From an uncultured archaeon (lineage in GTDB: Archaea; Aenigmatarchaeota; Aenigmatarchaeia; CG10238-14; SCSR01): a DNA stretch of 56,364 bases. The DNA lies in assembly GCA_964400475.1 (NCBI GenBank), contig CAYNTH010000004.1, positions 1-56,364 of the forward strand, in the 5' to 3' direction. The notes beneath the pieces were generated by a model. That model was not told where the DNA came from. It searched no databases and saw nothing but the letters and a program-made list of their open reading frames with translations. Below are positions 49,201 through 56,364 of the stretch, in pieces. Every line of letters begins with the position of its first letter. Positions within the stretch are counted from its first letter, which is position 1. The translations under genes and the position numbers were made by a program.

Positions 49201-49958
49201 AGACCGCTATATTGGCAGGTGGCAATCCCAAATTCGGGAGGTTTGATCCTTATTTACCAATAAAGGAACAATTGGAAATAGGGGATGTACTGTTATCTAG
49301 GTTTGACCTCAGATTCGCCTTAAGGGACGTACCCAGCCAGGAAAGGGATGAGAAAATAGCGGAGCATATAATGAATATGAGACATTTCGACCAGGAAAGC
49401 GCGAGACCTGTCATCGATCCCGAGCTGTTGAGAAAATATATTTCTTATGCAAGAATTAATTCCCATCCCAAACTGACAAAAGAAGCAGCTAAAAAGATAA
49501 AGGAATTCTACCTTAATATGAGGTCGAAGAGTGGTGAAGAATCACCAGTATCAATAACACTCAGACAGTACGATTCCCTTATAAGGTTGGCAGAAGCTTC
49601 AGCAAAGGTAAGGCTCGACAACAAGGTGAGGGAGGAAGACGCACAAAGGGCCATCAACCTGATGAGTGCATCACTAAGACAATTCGGCTTCGAACCGGAA
49701 ACCGGAAAAATAGACATTGACAGGGTGGAAGGTCAGAAGATGACAGCATCCCAGAGGAGCAAGACCAAGATCATGTTGGACATAATATCCAAATTGGAAT
49801 CCGAAATGGGTAAAGATGTACCAAAGGATGAGATAATCAAAAGGGGAGTCTCGAAGGGTGTAAAGAACGCGGAAGAGATTGTCAGAAAATTGCTGCAGAT
49901 GGGGGAATTATACCAGCCGCAGCCCGGAATCGTGAGAAGAGTTAAAATGTCGGGATGA
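46260..49958 (+). CDS. mcm: MCM replicative helicase with an intein
   Basis: Zn finger CPDC...CDCGC, IAPTIYG, HILLVGDPSTAKS, NPKFGRFD, LLSRFDL, ITLRQ. About 672 aa after splicing; start placed at ATG 46260. Confidence 0.95.
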   Translation: MERAELIEKFSEFLNDFYLEELVTAATEEKKSISVDFAILDKFNVEITDYFFENPNEVISAAEEALKRIDTGLTESDLKIRFYNLPDSKEIRIRKLRSEHIGRIVVIDGIVKRASEIRPELSEAVFRCPDCDNRINVIQEDRSITAPEQCDCGCKRGFKLIDQTMYDTRWVTIEEPFEITTGEQPSELTIFLKEDMTSPTMQNHTDPGNRIKVIGILKSVPRRTRGSGNRQFELYLEANNIEPVEVGWEEINITAENERELIELSKDPLIYDKLVKSIAPTIYGLNEIKEAIVLQMFGGESHILKDKTKVRSNIHILLVGDPSTAKSRIMQLVSLIMPRGKYASGTGITGAGLCTVYDTLVQLENGTITKIGKLVEEKFENTKNVNEIDDGVCFVEPDENEKVSSFDQDSLKMKSSRITKYWKIKAPENLVKIVTRTGREVIVTPDNPIPVIKNSKIIWKCASDVTPENYIATPRILKSKIKEIENNISSIPKKSWILNSNINMDKINEKIKTRGTIRNFCNRLGLNENDIYHNWKYHSKTPQGTIRRGAPTIGEIKMICDELDMDIEDVIPSELLLSQYRGHEIKLPLFVNNDILYMMGLLAGDGSISKTGMGGFDIKFFNTDTGLLNAHKNICHSKLGMSLSEKEIKDVPYLRFHSKIFGYLVNKFGITHGKKSHNIYISERLSKLPKMMISHYLKGVFDTDGSVIKRRTKGSNYVELTSSSKEFITGIHLLLLRYGIISMIRKRDPHTSTIKGREVKSDYIYELKISGMKNISKFRDEIGFNHEEKDKKLDEIIKNISRPHTNIDIIPEIGGLIRKSRKRAGLSAKELYGYKTYSYEKGRRRPTKRFLSKLIENIGEECSSELRKFAESDIFWDKVDKVETIRNDDHDYVYDITVEGDHSFMANGLIIHNTATVTKDEQFMGGWVLEAGALVLANRSICAIDEFSHVAPSDMVKLQEAMSMETISIAKASIVATLPAKTAILAGGNPKFGRFDPYLPIKEQLEIGDVLLSRFDLRFALRDVPSQERDEKIAEHIMNMRHFDQESARPVIDPELLRKYISYARINSHPKLTKEAAKKIKEFYLNMRSKSGEESPVSITLRQYDSLIRLAEASAKVRLDNKVREEDAQRAINLMSASLRQFGFEPETGKIDIDRVEGQKMTASQRSKTKIMLDIISKLESEMGKDVPKDEIIKRGVSKGVKNAEEIVRKLLQMGELYQPQPGIVRRVKMSG
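47319..48998 (+). mobile_element. LAGLIDADG intein (560 aa) with HTH-like insert in MCM
   Basis: Starts CTVYDTLV after GAGL; VTPDNP block B; GLLAGDG and GVFDTDG motifs; HTH-like LIRKSRKRAGLSAKEL; ends IIHN before TATV. Confidence 0.93.
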
Positions 49959-50707
49959 ATCCTATGGCAGACAGCAGATACAAAAACAGACTCGTGACTA
50001 AAAAGACCAGGATTAAAGATGTTGTTAAGGGGAGGTATTTCCCAGGCAGCAAGGAAACGATGAGGGCGTCATATGTCATAACCCCGTTCGGTGAAAGGAT
50101 ATCCAGGATGAATGTACTCGGAACGATTACAGATAAATTCATCAACGACAGCAAGGATTATGGTGTTATCATAATAGACGACGGCACAGGCGCCATACAT
50201 GCCAAGACGTTCGGTGATGATGTAGAGATGTTCAATAACGTCGATAGGGGAGATTTGGCCATAATCATAGGGAAAATCAAGGAATACGAAGGGGAAACGT
50301 ACATCAACGCCGAGATAGTGAACATCATACCACCAGAAAAGTCTAATTACGAGCCCCTGAGGAGATTGGAATTATTGGACAAATTACACGAAAGGAAGGA
50401 TAAGATCGATAATCTAAAGAAGATAAGGAACCATGTTCCGCCCGAAGAATTGGGTAAATACGCGGAGAACATGGGATTCGACCAAGAGACCCTAAAGGTC
50501 GCGATGGAATCTGAAGGAGACGACTACAAGCCGAAATTACTGAAATTGATAGATGAAATGGATGAGGGGAACGGGACAGAGATTATGAAGATATTCGAAG
50601 AATCCAACCTACCGGATGCTGTTGTAGAGAGGACCATGGACAACCTGTTGTCGGATGGTTACATATTTGAACCATCTCCTGGGAGATTTAAAGTAATAAA
50701 AGCTTAA
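49955..50707 (+). CDS. RPA32-like OB-fold single-stranded DNA-binding protein with C-terminal winged helix
   Basis: RMNVLGTI, IIIDDGTGAI, IIGKIKEY; C-terminal LLSDGYIFEPSPGRFK. Confidence 0.75.
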   Translation: MNPMADSRYKNRLVTKKTRIKDVVKGRYFPGSKETMRASYVITPFGERISRMNVLGTITDKFINDSKDYGVIIIDDGTGAIHAKTFGDDVEMFNNVDRGDLAIIIGKIKEYEGETYINAEIVNIIPPEKSNYEPLRRLELLDKLHERKDKIDNLKKIRNHVPPEELGKYAENMGFDQETLKVAMESEGDDYKPKLLKLIDEMDEGNGTEIMKIFEESNLPDAVVERTMDNLLSDGYIFEPSPGRFKVIKA

Positions 50708-50747
50708 CCTTATTATTTGTTATAATAAAACAATATTGAGTGATCGC

Positions 50748-51161
50748 ATGTCGAAAAAAGAGTACACTAAATTGTTAAAATCCGCGATGGAGAAATTGCC
50801 TGAGAAGAAGGAAGAGAAGAAGAGGTTCCAGATCCCGGAAGTGGATGCGTTCACACAGGGGAACAAGACCATAATCAAGAATTTCTCCGATATATTGTCT
50901 ATATTGAGAAGGGACAAGAGACATTTGTCCAAATATTTCTTTGCGGAATTGGCCGCACCAGGAAATGTCGAGGGTGACAGGCTGATAATACAACGGAAAG
51001 TCAAAACAAAATTGATAGAAAAGAAATTGGAAGATTATGTGAAAGAATTCGTATTCTGTAATGAATGTGGAGAGCCTGACACCATATTGGTCACAAAGGA
51101 TAAAAAGACCGTAATGAAGTGCGAGGCGTGCGGGAATAAGAGTTCGATAAGAACACTGTGA
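50748..51161 (+). CDS. eif2b: Translation initiation factor aIF2 beta subunit
   Basis: RFQIPEV, TIIKNFSDI, ELAAPG, CNECGEPDT...CEACG. Confidence 0.93.
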   Translation: MSKKEYTKLLKSAMEKLPEKKEEKKRFQIPEVDAFTQGNKTIIKNFSDILSILRRDKRHLSKYFFAELAAPGNVEGDRLIIQRKVKTKLIEKKLEDYVKEFVFCNECGEPDTILVTKDKKTVMKCEACGNKSSIRTL

Positions 51162-51165
51162 TGGG

Positions 51166-51456
51166 ATGTTTTATAGTAGAGTTTTTCACAACAAGAAAGA
51201 TGTAGTGTTAGCGGTATGTGACAAAGAGCTAATGGGGAAGACCATAAAGGGAGACGGTGTGGAAATAGATATAAACGAGTTCTACGGCGAAGAAGTGGTG
51301 GATGAACGATACGTTGTTGATTTTATGGGGAAGTGTACCATAGCAAATCTTATGGGGAGCAGGATAGTATCCCTGGCCAAAAGACACGGGTTTATTACCG
51401 AAGAAAACGTTATTTCTATTGGTGAAGTACCACATGCCCAATTCATCAAAATCTAG
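51166..51456 (+). CDS. DUF424 family protein
   Basis: VLAVCDKELMGK, FYG, IANLMG, VPHAQ; lies next to aIF2-beta. Confidence 0.85.
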   Translation: MFYSRVFHNKKDVVLAVCDKELMGKTIKGDGVEIDINEFYGEEVVDERYVVDFMGKCTIANLMGSRIVSLAKRHGFITEENVISIGEVPHAQFIKI

Positions 51457-51895
51457 ATTTGGGGTATTCGGCAGTTTCATAAGATCCAGGAAAGCCCAAT
51501 TCTTGATAATCACTGCACTTGTCATCGTGAACATATTCTATCTCGTAAGCAGGTGGACGAGGCCTTACACAATACCGGACACATCCGAAATAGTTCTCAT
51601 GGAAGAACCCTTCATCATGAATAATCTCAGGGAGGAAGCACTGGAAATAGTCAACACGAGCAGTAGTTGTGAAAATCTAGTGGACAACCTGGACGAATAT
51701 AAGATTTATGTAGAAGATTATGCATTCAAGAAACTCATATTGTATTTCGATTATACGTTGGAAACGCCCTGCATGGAATACGACCCAGATTTCCCGATAT
51801 TAGTCATTTTCGACATCAGCATAGAATCATCGGAATCGAAAATCAAGAGCCAATTCTACGGATTCTGGCCCGTAGAATCATCACCTGATGACTAA
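51434..51895 (+). CDS. Putative pilin-like protein with class III signal peptide
   Basis: RKA|QFLIITALVIVNIFYLV; start codon uncertain. Confidence 0.55.
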   Translation: MPNSSKSRFGVFGSFIRSRKAQFLIITALVIVNIFYLVSRWTRPYTIPDTSEIVLMEEPFIMNNLREEALEIVNTSSSCENLVDNLDEYKIYVEDYAFKKLILYFDYTLETPCMEYDPDFPILVIFDISIESSESKIKSQFYGFWPVESSPDD

Positions 51896-53949
51896 GAAAC
51901 ACATTGCACCTTGTATCCCTTCCCGGGCTCTAGAGTAGTCGCGGTTGTGTATTTCTGTGCGATTGGATCATACCACTTCACGACCATGGAATCACAGCTG
52001 CCCGCTGAACCCTGATCACCGCAATTCGAACACCTATCCTTCAATGCCTCAACAGCCGAAGAATCCATTATAGAAGTCGGCGCACCGACGTCGTTCCATC
52101 CACTACTCAATTCCACATCATCGTTGTATATCTCGCCCCTACCGGCTATCACAACATCACAATTTCCAGATGCATAGAAGAAATAGCTATTGCCCGGTTC
52201 CAGACTGGTGATGCCGACAGTATCAACATTCCATTTGCCTGTAGCAGCATCATAATGATAGAACTTTGAATTAGCTGCACCGCATTCATCGAGCATAACG
52301 GAATCTACATTGACCATCGGACTGGATATAAGGTTCCACTTGTTGTAAAACGTATACTCGTATTTCATACAACTGTCGTCTCTTACACACTGATAGCTCG
52401 TATCACCGCATCCATAAGAATCTATCATCTTTTGACACTGTTCGTCCCAGTTGCACCGTCCCTCCATACCACAATCGGCACCGCATCCATAACTCGACCA
52501 ATCACTGTAGGAAGCGTCCATACATCTGGATTCTATATCACATCCGTCCGGTGAACAATCCCTCGTCTGATTCATCTGTTCTTCGGAGCACCCACCGAGC
52601 CCACAATCCACATCTTCCCATAATTCACATGTACACGGACACGGCCACTCCTCCTCCAAACAATTATTATCCTCATCCGTTTCTGGAATTGAATTTTCGT
52701 AGTCTGCGCAAACCTCCACTATATCGGAATCGTCCGAACATCCCCATTCATAATCGAATGATCTCTCCGATGTTGAACCAGCTGACAATGCGTCCAAGGA
52801 GTCCGTACTAACGCCCATACTGTCCACATACAATATACTATCAAAAGGACCGGCGTCCTCTTCACCATCGTTGGTAATCATATAATATATGGTATTATCC
52901 GTCTGCCATACATCATCCACTGCCAAATCAGGACCTATGCAGCTACAAGATGTATCACATGTACCTCCCGAACACGTGTTGTCACCGTATGACGGATCAA
53001 CGAACTTGTCGTCGCAACTGGAATCATAGCTAACAGTACCGTCCTCGCACCTGTCAACCCAGCTCCCGCTTACACACTCATAACAATCCAATGCATCGTT
53101 CGGACAACTGTAGTAATAATCCGTGCCAGCGGCTTCGTCATGGCAGCACCATTCTCCGTTGCCCTTACAAACGTTCCATGCACTACTCCAGCAACAATCG
53201 GAACGCGCCTGGCATTCGCTAGAACCCAGAGACGAACATGATTCTTCATAATATACATATATAGAAGTACACTTACACTCGGAGTCACACTCCCTGTTTG
53301 TATCGCATTCCTCTCCGGTGTACTTGCCGTCACAGCTGGAATCACCGGTGTAATCAACCGAATCAACATCGCACACACAACCACATTCGGAATCACACAA
53401 CTTGTTAACACCGCAACTATCTCCGGGATATTTCTCATCACATGTTGTATTTCCGGTGTAATCCGTGCATGATGACTCGCATGAACCGTCTTCTATTGTA
53501 CAGGACAACGAACAATTGTCTATCCTGTTCAGACTACCATAGCCGCATTCGATCGTTTCCGCCCCGGCCAATATTCCATTGCATTCCGGATCAGCAGTAC
53601 AATCATCATAATAATCAGATGACCTGCAGATGCTGTTAGAGTCCTGATAAAAACAATCCGAATCAATCGTATCCTCGAAATAAGTCTCTCCACCACCACT
53701 GCATTTTTCTACACTGCAGGATTCACTACCCCAACTAGCTGTCCCGTCCCCATCACAGCAACAATAATACACAGAATCCATAGTTTTCGTTTGACCAGGA
53801 TAGTAATCGCCTCCTGTGACCCGGCAAGTTCTCCATACATCGCTTTCTCCAGCATTAACATTTTCATACAGAAATAATGTAAAAAATCCGACTAAAAGGA
53901 AAATAAAAACGATTTTATCTAATTTCGAAAAATTAAGTGATTCGTACAT
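51892..53949 (-). CDS. Large secreted Cys-rich surface protein with CARDB-like and repeat domains
   Basis: N-terminal hydrophobic helix, many Cys-rich repeats, CARDB-like PDLAV...ITNDGEEDAG...IPETDEDNN, two C-terminal WN.I/V..P...LEPG..Y repeats. Confidence 0.85.
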   Translation of the reverse strand: MYESLNFSKLDKIVFIFLLVGFFTLFLYENVNAGESDVWRTCRVTGGDYYPGQTKTMDSVYYCCCDGDGTASWGSESCSVEKCSGGGETYFEDTIDSDCFYQDSNSICRSSDYYDDCTADPECNGILAGAETIECGYGSLNRIDNCSLSCTIEDGSCESSCTDYTGNTTCDEKYPGDSCGVNKLCDSECGCVCDVDSVDYTGDSSCDGKYTGEECDTNRECDSECKCTSIYVYYEESCSSLGSSECQARSDCCWSSAWNVCKGNGEWCCHDEAAGTDYYYSCPNDALDCYECVSGSWVDRCEDGTVSYDSSCDDKFVDPSYGDNTCSGGTCDTSCSCIGPDLAVDDVWQTDNTIYYMITNDGEEDAGPFDSILYVDSMGVSTDSLDALSAGSTSERSFDYEWGCSDDSDIVEVCADYENSIPETDEDNNCLEEEWPCPCTCELWEDVDCGLGGCSEEQMNQTRDCSPDGCDIESRCMDASYSDWSSYGCGADCGMEGRCNWDEQCQKMIDSYGCGDTSYQCVRDDSCMKYEYTFYNKWNLISSPMVNVDSVMLDECGAANSKFYHYDAATGKWNVDTVGITSLEPGNSYFFYASGNCDVVIAGRGEIYNDDVELSSGWNDVGAPTSIMDSSAVEALKDRCSNCGDQGSAGSCDSMVVKWYDPIAQKYTTATTLEPGKGYKVQCVS

Positions 53950-54056
53950 TAATTCTAAATTCGATTTGGCGCAATATAAAGATTGTAAAACATAATATCG
54001 AAAACTAAACAGATATCTTTATATACCACCCAAGAGTAGTTAATAGTAGGGTTTTC

Positions 54057-56364
54057 GTGAATTCGGATAGCAAATCGGAGTATTTTGATACAAGAGCTGA
54101 AAGAACGGATTATCTTTTTGATAAATTGGATTCAGATCCATATTTCTCTTCATTGGATGAAGATATGCAGGATTACATTTCGGAAGAGCTCGTAAAGGAC
54201 ATGTACTCCCACAAAACCGTCAATGATAATATAGAAGTCCCGGTAGCGGTTGCATCTAATGGTAAAATCGGGTCTATCGGAAATGTTGACAGTATATATG
54301 TGGAGAATGTGGAACTCTCTGAAGACAAGTATTCTGAGATAAAGGATGTTATTAAAGACGAGTTCAGGAACATAGATAGCAACAATTTTGACCCTGAGGA
54401 CGAGCTTATGGAAAGGGTTGCTTTCCGGTTGATCGGTAAGGATTATGTTGAGCCCTCTGCAAACAGAGAGGATCTCTTTTTGTCTGATTGGGGGTTGTAT
54501 GATGATTTCTCCAATGCTCTTGTAGAAGCAGAGGCTGGTTATATAAAATGGAACAGGAATGAGAGAGGTATACACAGAGAATCACCATTCAGCAAACTAT
54601 TCAGTTCCAGGGATGTTATACCGGAGGAGGAAGGAAAAGAAAGAGAGCCGATTGTTGTAGAGGATGATGAAAGTTTTTTAAAAAAATATAAGAAGGCTAT
54701 AACACTCGGATTGATCGGAATATTGGGTGTGGCTGGTTATGCTGGATTCAGATATTATACATCACCCGAACAGGAATTGAAAAGAAATGCAGAGGAACAC
54801 GGTGTATCCGAACAAACTGCATCGAATTTTCATTCCGAGTATCCGGATATGGTTGATGCTTATTTGGGCAATGAATTGATTAAGCCGTTATTGGAATTAT
54901 ATGAACAGAATTCCACTTTATTCGAACATATGTACAACGCTTCTGTGAACGATGAACGTGTGATTGGCAATTCGGAATATGTACCTCAATCAGATTTCTT
55001 ACCAAAGTCAACACAATTGGCCATGGACACAGGTGCAGCTGATATGGGGCTGAACAAGAGGGGGGTATGGACATTGGGTAATCTGACACTTGCTTACAAT
55101 GATAAACAATGGATATCGCCTACGGGTATCGTTGTCGATATCGACGCTCTTTCCAGACATGATAATGAAACTGTTAAGGATGTTTTAAGATATGTAACCA
55201 AAAGCGGAGATCTGGCTGATTTTGAACCAGTTGTTATAGAAGATGCACGTGGCAGGACTATTGAGATTGGGAGCGAGGATGTTCCAAGGGACCATTGGAT
55301 TATTACAGAATTCCTCAAACAGAGACCAGATATAGGCGGTGATTTGGAGAAGCATGAATGGATAAATACTATGTTGAAACAGGTCGCTTACAACTTGTTC
55401 GATGAAGAATACCACTACTATGGTAATTTGAAAAGTGTGTCAGATAATCCTGAAAGTGAAGATGTGTGGGATATTATTTTGGATTTTCATGATTATATGA
55501 ATGAACTTCCTAATAATTTGGAAAGAGATGATATAGGAGTTACATTTCCTTATCATGATTCTGAATTGTTGAAAAATTATATCAGCAACGAAGCCGACAG
55601 GGAGTTAGCATTGATGTATTTGGCTAATTTACCAACAGAATTCTGGAACAAGACTCATTATGAATCAGAATATTTGAGAGGTAGAAATTTATTTAAAACT
55701 GATGGGATAAATAGAGATGAGTTTAAGACTATAATAGAAGATGCTAAAAGAAATAGTTATGATCAAGGGATGGAAGCTATTAAAATGTTCTTGGATTTTT
55801 TACCTAAGGAATATGAAGAAATTGTCAACGCTAGAAATAGTTCAGAGTTAATAAATTCAGAGGGGAAAATTGATTCACTATATGGAAAAACTTATAATGA
55901 TAGAGCTTATGGTAATTATAATTGGTGGCTTAAAGATAGGATGATTCATGGGTTATGGCATACCGTCGGGCAGTTTCACGGGTTTAACGATAGTGAAATT
56001 GAAGACTTGAGCGAATTATACTACGAGGCAGCTATAAATAGAAATGCTACAGAAGCTAACATCTTTTATAAAAAACTTTTAGAAAAAAACAAAGGAATAG
56101 ATGAGTTTATTCTAGACGAATTTGAACCATGGGAATTAATTAGATTTATAATAGGATATGAAGATGTCGGATATGATTGGGGTGGGGAAATGAACACTTA
56201 TATATATGGATATCCGTTGGGACTCAAGTCAATGGGAATTCCTTATACAATAATACACAAAGGAACCGGAAAACCTGATGGAACTGGGAGCAACGAATGG
56301 GCTGTACCCGTTCCTGATGATGTTAAAGGGATGTTATTAGATAAAAACCTAGTTATAGGACATG
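54057..56364 (+). CDS. Large acidic single-pass membrane protein, 3'-truncated (missed by the ORF track)
   Basis: I read an uninterrupted frame from GTG 54057 to the window end (769 codons), with one TM at about aa 214-233 (AITLGLIGILGVAGYAGF). Confidence 0.8.
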   Translation, partial: MNSDSKSEYFDTRAERTDYLFDKLDSDPYFSSLDEDMQDYISEELVKDMYSHKTVNDNIEVPVAVASNGKIGSIGNVDSIYVENVELSEDKYSEIKDVIKDEFRNIDSNNFDPEDELMERVAFRLIGKDYVEPSANREDLFLSDWGLYDDFSNALVEAEAGYIKWNRNERGIHRESPFSKLFSSRDVIPEEEGKEREPIVVEDDESFLKKYKKAITLGLIGILGVAGYAGFRYYTSPEQELKRNAEEHGVSEQTASNFHSEYPDMVDAYLGNELIKPLLELYEQNSTLFEHMYNASVNDERVIGNSEYVPQSDFLPKSTQLAMDTGAADMGLNKRGVWTLGNLTLAYNDKQWISPTGIVVDIDALSRHDNETVKDVLRYVTKSGDLADFEPVVIEDARGRTIEIGSEDVPRDHWIITEFLKQRPDIGGDLEKHEWINTMLKQVAYNLFDEEYHYYGNLKSVSDNPESEDVWDIILDFHDYMNELPNNLERDDIGVTFPYHDSELLKNYISNEADRELALMYLANLPTEFWNKTHYESEYLRGRNLFKTDGINRDEFKTIIEDAKRNSYDQGMEAIKMFLDFLPKEYEEIVNARNSSELINSEGKIDSLYGKTYNDRAYGNYNWWLKDRMIHGLWHTVGQFHGFNDSEIEDLSELYYEAAINRNATEANIFYKKLLEKNKGIDEFILDEFEPWELIRFIIGYEDVGYDWGGEMNTYIYGYPLGLKSMGIPYTIIHKGTGKPDGTGSNEWAVPVPDDVKGMLLDKNLVIGH

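Noticed and set aside
1059-55415. Numerous antisense and alternate-frame ORFs in the track (e.g. 1059..1607, 14499..15146, 16355..17395, 27357..27974, 44021..44539)
   Set aside because: They lie on top of well-supported genes and show the Ser/Ile/Phe-rich composition expected of shadow frames.
1-56364. CRISPR arrays, IS elements, integrases, rRNA genes
   Set aside because: By eye I found no regularly spaced repeats, transposase or integrase motifs, or rRNA-like stretch.

Overview
AT-rich, very gene-dense archaeal chromosomal window, probably from a DPANN lineage (Aenigmarchaeota-like; this is inference from gene content, not a phylogeny). It holds mostly housekeeping genes: FtsZ2, aIF2-alpha/Nop10/PAC2, uS2, RpoL, Dph2, AspRS, RNase HII, TBP, MCM, an RPA32-like protein and aIF2-beta. 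It also carries five tRNAs, an RNase P RNA, a type IV pilus locus and two Cys-rich surface proteins. I saw no CRISPR array, IS element, integrase or rRNA. The only mobile elements are two LAGLIDADG inteins, one in a B12-dependent ribonucleotide reductase and one in MCM. Six signals stand out. (1) An asparagine module (Asn synthetase A, AsnRS, tRNA-Asn) whose synthetase start codon is out of frame across an A6G4 run. (2) A tRNA-Glu(CTC) with two BHB introns. (3) An RNR intein ending in His-Gln. (4) A putative redox operon (NAD kinase, GDH, Grx-TrxR fusion, Cys-rich membrane protein, two exported thioredoxin folds) converging on an RNR-cobalamin adenosyltransferase cluster. (5) An eS26-like ribosomal protein. 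(6) A perfect 46-nt repeat inside TBP. The ORF track missed Nop10, Sec61-beta and a >769-aa membrane-anchored ORF that runs off the right end. No database searches were run; all calls come from motif reading.
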